NCBI GenBank assembly: GCA_963643345.1
Contig: CAVIJK010000001.1
Span: 14,390 to 78,389, forward strand
Length of the DNA stretch: 64,000 nt
Source: a bacterium
GTDB taxonomy: Bacteria > Bacillota_I > Bacilli_A > RFN20 > CAG-826
Direction of reading: 5' to 3'
The position numbers and the translations under genes were made by a program. Below, one piece after another: positions 58,932 to 64,000 of the stretch. The notes under the pieces are model-generated. The model saw nothing but the letters and a program-made list of their open reading frames with translations. It searched no databases and was not told the origin of the DNA. Position 1 is the first letter of the stretch; the number at the start of each line of letters is the position of its first letter.

Positions 58932-60410
58932 ATGGCTGAGCAAATACAAACAACGAAGACGTCCGGAATTAAGATGAAGGATAAGATCGGCTACGCTTTT
59001 GGGGATGTTGGATCTCTTTTAGTGTTCGGTCTAGTCAACACGTTTCTGCAGGTCTTCTACACCGAGACTCTCGGTATTACGCCAATCGTTGTCATGATCA
59101 TCATGATTGTTGCTCGCGTGTGGGACGCAATCAATGACCCGATGTGGGGGAGAATCGTCGACACCGCTCCGTGCAAAAAACCGGGAACAAGGTATAAGAG
59201 ATGGCTGGTTTATCTTTGCGTTCCAATGGCGTTATCTGCAGTCATCATGTTCCTTAATGTGAGAGATATCTTTGGAACAAATCCAGCAGTCACTGTTACA
59301 TATGCGACGATTACATACATTCTCTTCGGAATGCTATATACCGGAACTAATATTCCTTACGGTTCAATGGCCAGTGTCATTACAACCGATGACAAGGAAA
59401 GAAATACCCTTTCGATTTTCCGTTCGGTTGGATCAACGCTTGGCGGTTTCGGCCCGATGGTGTTAAGTTTTGTTTCATATGATAAAGATAAAACTACTGG
59501 CGCATCCGTTTTGAATCCGACCAAATTAATTATTGGCGTTTCTATTCTTGCGGTTTTATGCATAGTCTTCTCTTATCTATGCGCTAGACTCTCTGTTGAA
59601 CGTGTGGTTTCGGAGCCTGTCACTAGAAATAAATCCAAAAAAGGCGAGACTTGGAGAGTTATTAAGAATCTCGTAAAGACTCGTTCGTTTGTCATCATTT
59701 CAATTGTTGGCATGCTTTTCTTAGCCGCTCAGATGTTCCAAACCACATATAATTCTTATGTTTTCATGAAGTTCTTCGGTAGTGGCGGTCTTGCTGCCGT
59801 TACTCAGATTTGCCAATATCTGCCGGTTGCTGTTGTTATGTTCTTTGCCGGTAAACTTGTCCGTAAGTTTGGGCGCAAGGAAATCTGCGCATTCGGCTTA
59901 TTGTTTGTCGCTATATCGTTTGGCGTATTGGCTGTAATTCCAACAACAGCGGTCTCTAGAACGGTGTTGATGTATTTGTTCTTTGCATTCTCCCTTCTAG
60001 GCGGCATCGGCAATTCATTCATCTTCTTAATGATTTGGGCACTCGCAAACGATGCAATAGATGACTACTTCATTAAATTCAAGTCGCATGATGAGGCAAC
60101 GGCATATTCCATCTTCTCTTTCATGAGAAAACTTGGGCAGACAATTGCGGCAATCATTGTTAATGTCTCGCTTGTTGCCATCGGATATGGAGCGGACGGT
60201 TCAACAAATTTTGCGCCAACCGAAGCACAAGCCACATCAATGTATTATCAATCGATAATCATTCCGGCTGCATTGTCTCTTGTTATGTTTATCTTATTGA
60301 TGTTTGCCTATCCTCTTGGAAAACAAGCCGTGTTAGACATGCAAAGTAAGAAAGACGCTATTTATAAAGAGGAACTCTCCGAAAAGGACGCCGTTCCTGA
60401 AAAAGAGTAA
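58932..60410 (+). CDS. MFS glycoside-pentoside-hexuronide (GPH) family cation symporter
   Basis: 12-TM MFS with GPH-type N-terminus 'KIGYAFGDVGSLLVFGLVNTFLQVFYTETLGI' and 'DAINDPMWGRIVD' (D-x-x-x-D-P…G motif). GGAGG RBS. Confidence 0.8.
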   Translation: MAEQIQTTKTSGIKMKDKIGYAFGDVGSLLVFGLVNTFLQVFYTETLGITPIVVMIIMIVARVWDAINDPMWGRIVDTAPCKKPGTRYKRWLVYLCVPMALSAVIMFLNVRDIFGTNPAVTVTYATITYILFGMLYTGTNIPYGSMASVITTDDKERNTLSIFRSVGSTLGGFGPMVLSFVSYDKDKTTGASVLNPTKLIIGVSILAVLCIVFSYLCARLSVERVVSEPVTRNKSKKGETWRVIKNLVKTRSFVIISIVGMLFLAAQMFQTTYNSYVFMKFFGSGGLAAVTQICQYLPVAVVMFFAGKLVRKFGRKEICAFGLLFVAISFGVLAVIPTTAVSRTVLMYLFFAFSLLGGIGNSFIFLMIWALANDAIDDYFIKFKSHDEATAYSIFSFMRKLGQTIAAIIVNVSLVAIGYGADGSTNFAPTEAQATSMYYQSIIIPAALSLVMFILLMFAYPLGKQAVLDMQSKKDAIYKEELSEKDAVPEKE

Positions 60411-60414
60411 AAAT

Positions 60415-62382
60415 ATGAATAAACAAGAATTAGATTCTCTTTTCCTGTCCTCCTTTGAGAACGGGCAAACATATATCTGCTTGGCAGAAGGGAAAGCATC
60501 CTACAAAATGAGCAGAGGCTCATTCAAGACCAAGGATCGCATTGTAAATAGGCATACACTTAAGTTTATTGAAAAGGATGGTAATAAATATACGTTCGCT
60601 GATAAAGATGTTAAGTGTGTTATGACACTTGATTCTAGTGACGGTCTTAAACTCCGGTTCGAATGCGATCCAAAATTTAACAGGTTTACCATATGTTTGC
60701 CGGCTTTTGAAAACGAACATATCTATGGATGTGGCGAACAATATACGCATTTTGACCTTAAGGGCAATAAAGTCGATGTTTGGGTTTCTGAACACCAACA
60801 GGTCATGAAAATAGTCAAAAAATTCCTAAGAGAAAAAATACATGGAGTAAATCCGGATTATAAGGCCCCATATTCCGATCATCAAACTTACTATTCGTCG
60901 CCAAATTTTATGTCCAGCGAGAATTATTTCATCTACTCTCATCAAGATGCGTATGGACAAATAGACTTTCAAAAGACGAAAACGTTACTAAAGTTTCGCG
61001 AGATTCCATATTCGATCACGATTCTTACCGGTGATAATCCTATTGATTTAATCAAGAAAGTGACTCAACTTGTTCACATTCAGCCGCGCCTTCCAGATTT
61101 CGTTGGAGACGGAGCGATTATCGCGACTCAAGGCGGAACCGACATCATGCTTCAAAAATACGAAGCTTTGAAATCTAAAGGCGGAAAAATATCCGCGATA
61201 TGGTGCCAGGACTGGTCTGGACAAATCGTCACAGAATTCGGCTCCCAAGTTTATTGGAACTGGGAAGTGGATAGCAAGCTTTACCATGATTTGCCTGAGG
61301 TAATTAAGAAATTAAACAGCGAAGGAGTTAAGTTCCTTGGCTACATCAACACATTTCTTAAAGAAAACACACCTTTGTACAAATATGCGGTAGAACACGA
61401 CTATATCGTTAAGAAAAAAGACGGTTCACCTTACCTTGTTAAGTCTACGACATTCAATGCCGGCATTGTTGATTTGACATATCCAGAAGCTTATGAATGG
61501 TACAAAAACATTATTAAGAAAAATATGATTGAGTTGGGGCTTTCTGGGTGGATGGCGGACTTTGGAGAATACCTTCCAACGGATTCCGTCGTTCATGGGG
61601 GAGATCCTGAAAGGCTTCACAATTATTGGCCAACCATGTGGGCAAGATGCAATTATGAGGCAATTAAAGAATGCGGTAAGGAAGGCAAAATCTTCGTCTT
61701 CTCTCGCGCAGCTTATGCTCATACAGTTCAATACACAAACTCTATGTGGAATGGCGATCAACATGTCGACTACTCCGATGAATATGGGCTTGGTTCGGTA
61801 ATTCCTGCAACACTTTCGATGGCGTGCAGCGGAGTTGGCGTTAACCACAGTGATATCGGAGGATATACAACGGTTCTTCATATGAAAAGAGACGCAGAAT
61901 TGTTTAAGAGATGGTCTGAGATGAACATTTTCACACCCGTCTTTAGATGTCACGAAGGCAATAGACCTAAATCTAACGTTCAATTCGACAACGAAGAGGT
62001 CATAGATGAGTTTATCGAAAATTCTAACCGATTTGTCGCGCTGAAACCTTATAGAGATGATGTCCTAAAGGAATACTATGAAGATGGCATCCCGGCCAAT
62101 AGACCTCTATTCTTCCATTTTAATGAGGCTGAGGCATTTACAACGCAAAAGGAATTTATGTTCGGAAGCGAAATCCTTGTGGCTCCGGTTATGAGAAAAG
62201 GGGTTAACAAAATAAATGTTTACCTTCCTAAAGGTGAATGGATTGGCGTTTTCGATGGCAATACCTATGGCGGTGGCCACATTGAAGTTGATGCCCCGCT
62301 AGGAATGATTCCCGCTTTCTATCTAAAAGGAAGCAAACATGAGTCTTTATTTAAAAATTTAATAAAAGGAGAAGAAAAATGA
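60415..62382 (+). CDS. glycoside hydrolase family 31 (YihQ-like alpha-glycosidase)
   Basis: GH31 catalytic-region blocks 'IWCQDWSGQ', 'GWMADFGEYLP' (nucleophile Asp) and 'WNGDQ' (acid/base region). Confidence 0.8.
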   Translation: MNKQELDSLFLSSFENGQTYICLAEGKASYKMSRGSFKTKDRIVNRHTLKFIEKDGNKYTFADKDVKCVMTLDSSDGLKLRFECDPKFNRFTICLPAFENEHIYGCGEQYTHFDLKGNKVDVWVSEHQQVMKIVKKFLREKIHGVNPDYKAPYSDHQTYYSSPNFMSSENYFIYSHQDAYGQIDFQKTKTLLKFREIPYSITILTGDNPIDLIKKVTQLVHIQPRLPDFVGDGAIIATQGGTDIMLQKYEALKSKGGKISAIWCQDWSGQIVTEFGSQVYWNWEVDSKLYHDLPEVIKKLNSEGVKFLGYINTFLKENTPLYKYAVEHDYIVKKKDGSPYLVKSTTFNAGIVDLTYPEAYEWYKNIIKKNMIELGLSGWMADFGEYLPTDSVVHGGDPERLHNYWPTMWARCNYEAIKECGKEGKIFVFSRAAYAHTVQYTNSMWNGDQHVDYSDEYGLGSVIPATLSMACSGVGVNHSDIGGYTTVLHMKRDAELFKRWSEMNIFTPVFRCHEGNRPKSNVQFDNEEVIDEFIENSNRFVALKPYRDDVLKEYYEDGIPANRPLFFHFNEAEAFTTQKEFMFGSEILVAPVMRKGVNKINVYLPKGEWIGVFDGNTYGGGHIEVDAPLGMIPAFYLKGSKHESLFKNLIKGEEK

Positions 62383-63059
62383 AATATTATCTCGATTCCG
62401 CAAAAATCAATGAAATTGATTATGCTTACAAGTATTTGAAAATTGACGGTGTTACAACAAACCCGAAGCACATCATGAACAGTGGCAAGCCTTTTATGAC
62501 TGCAATCACTGACATTGCCAAATGGATAAAAGAAAACAATCTTGAAGGAAAAGACATCTTCCCGGTATCGGTTGAAATCAACCCTCATTTAAGCACCCAC
62601 GAAGAAATGATTGAAGCTGCTAAGAAAATCTCGTCTTTATGTGAAAACTTCGTCATCAAAATTCCTTGCAACGTAGAGGGTTGCAAGGCGGCAAAACTCC
62701 TTGAGGATGAGGGAATCAGGACGAATGTAACGCTAGTTTTCTCACCGTCTCAGGCAATTCAGGCCGGCAGAATTGGGTCCATGTTTGTTTCCCCATTCAT
62801 TGGATGGAAGGAATCCGCTGGCGATGATGGCCTCGAATATTTAAAGAAGATATCCGCTATCTATAAAGAGAAGAACTACAAGACCGAAATCATATGCGCC
62901 GCGGTTCGTTCGGGAAAACAAATCGCAGAATGTGCCGAAATGGGCGCTGATATTGTGACAGCTGGCTTGTCAGTTTATGAGGATTCATTCACAGACCCAT
63001 GGACGGATTACGGATTAAAACAATTCTGTGATGCATGGGATCATACGGCAGGTAATTAA
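62379..63059 (+). CDS. FSA/TalC-family transaldolase / fructose-6-phosphate aldolase-like
   Basis: 'YLDSA…GVTTNP', a 'VIKIP' Schiff-base Lys region and 'RTNVTLVFS', with ~220 aa length typical of subfamily-3B transaldolases. Confidence 0.75.
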   Translation: MKYYLDSAKINEIDYAYKYLKIDGVTTNPKHIMNSGKPFMTAITDIAKWIKENNLEGKDIFPVSVEINPHLSTHEEMIEAAKKISSLCENFVIKIPCNVEGCKAAKLLEDEGIRTNVTLVFSPSQAIQAGRIGSMFVSPFIGWKESAGDDGLEYLKKISAIYKEKNYKTEIICAAVRSGKQIAECAEMGADIVTAGLSVYEDSFTDPWTDYGLKQFCDAWDHTAGN

Positions 63060-63060
63060 A

Positions 63061-63897
63061 ATGAAAGTAGGATTTATCGGACTTGGCATAATGGGTATGC
63101 CAATGGCAACCAATGTTTCTAAAAAATTTGATTTGATCGGGTATGATGTCGTTTCTAAAACGGCTCCATTCCCTCTTGTTTCATCCATTAAAGAAATCGT
63201 TGATAATTGCGATGTTGTAATCTCAATGGTTCCGAAAAACGAACATGTGATGTCTGTTTATCAGGAAGTTATGCCTTATGTCAAAAAAGGGCAAATCTTT
63301 ATTGAAATGTCCACGATTTCTCCATCTGTTTCCTCTAATATCGCATCACAGATCGAGGCTAAAGGGGCGGATATGCTTGACTGTCCCGTTGTAAAGAGCC
63401 AACCGGCCGCAATTAGCGGTACACTAGGCATCTACGTTGGCGGTAAAGAAGAGGTTTACGCAAGAGTAAAAGATATTCTTTCGTGCATGGGATGCAACAT
63501 TATACATATGGGCGGGCATGGTGCAGGATTGACTATGAAGATACTTCATAACGCATTAGTCGGACAAATTCAAAATGGCGTTAACGAGGTTATGTCCGTT
63601 GCATCTAAACTTGGAATCGACCTTAATGATTTTGTCACTGCCATTTCCTATGGTGGAGGCCAGAACTTCTATTTGGATGGCAAAGCGAAAAATATCATTT
63701 CCGGAACATATCCAACTGCATTCTCCGTTGCCAACATGCACAAAGATGCTCATTTAGCTGAAGCTCTGCTGAAAGAAAATAACATGGATTATCCGGGCAT
63801 AGCAAACACTGCTCGTATTTATGATAAAGCCATGGAAGAGGGCTTAGGAAGGGAAGATTTCTCCGCGACGTTTAAGGTTGTTAATGAAGGTAAATAA
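63061..63897 (+). CDS. NAD(P)-dependent beta-hydroxyacid dehydrogenase (3-hydroxyisobutyrate DH / YihU-like reductase family)
   Basis: Rossmann 'MKVGFIGLGIMGMPMA' and the family length. Start at MKVGF, 2 nt after the upstream stop. Confidence 0.8.
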   Translation: MKVGFIGLGIMGMPMATNVSKKFDLIGYDVVSKTAPFPLVSSIKEIVDNCDVVISMVPKNEHVMSVYQEVMPYVKKGQIFIEMSTISPSVSSNIASQIEAKGADMLDCPVVKSQPAAISGTLGIYVGGKEEVYARVKDILSCMGCNIIHMGGHGAGLTMKILHNALVGQIQNGVNEVMSVASKLGIDLNDFVTAISYGGGQNFYLDGKAKNIISGTYPTAFSVANMHKDAHLAEALLKENNMDYPGIANTARIYDKAMEEGLGREDFSATFKVVNEGK

Positions 63898-63900
63898 AAA

Positions 63901-64000
63901 TGAGAAAAGCTAGAATTGGAGTTTGCTGTTTAACTAGAAAAACATACGATTATCAAACAGCGTACGCTTTATACCAGGAAAGAACTGCCGAGCTTGCTAA
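63901..64000 (+). CDS. 5' end of a CDS running off the window (possible sugar-isomerase-like N-terminus)
   Basis: ATG at 63901 preceded by GAAGG. The translated 'MRKARIGVCCLTRKTYDYQTAY…' is too short to assign. Confidence 0.3.

Overview
AT-rich, gene-dense chromosomal window. It uses the standard genetic code: TGG encodes Trp, genes end in TAA/TAG/TGA and no in-frame TGA recoding is needed. It comes from a low-GC Firmicutes/Mollicutes-like organism. Support: conserved Bacillus-type synteny gmk–priA–sun–rlmN–prpC–prkC–rpe–rpmB, a reduced AddAB, a PASTA-less Ser/Thr kinase and lipoproteins. Most of the window is housekeeping: thioredoxin, the complete F1Fo ATP synthase operon atpIBEFHAGDC, inorganic pyrophosphatase, guanylate kinase, PriA, RlmN, Rpe, L28, glgCDA, leuS, gdhA, coaX, trmB, pepP and glpK. 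Regions that look accessory or unusual: (1) a 2775-aa membrane-anchored, highly acidic giant protein with about six divergent tandem ~210-aa modules, diverging from a CPBP protease and a TraX-like gene; (2) an ATP-grasp enzyme gene fused to the 3' end of the atp operon, next to a CxxC lipoprotein; (3) an RsmB/Sun homologue that has lost its SAM loop and both catalytic cysteines; (4) a terminal LacI–GPH symporter–GH31–FSA/TalC-type transaldolase–beta-hydroxyacid dehydrogenase cluster that resembles a sulfoquinovose (sulfo-transaldolase) or related 6-deoxy-sugar catabolic locus. No rRNA, tRNA, CRISPR array or obvious mobile element was seen. Several intrinsic terminators and sigma-A-like promoters are visible between convergent/divergent genes. 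All calls rest on motif recognition by eye; no database searches were run.
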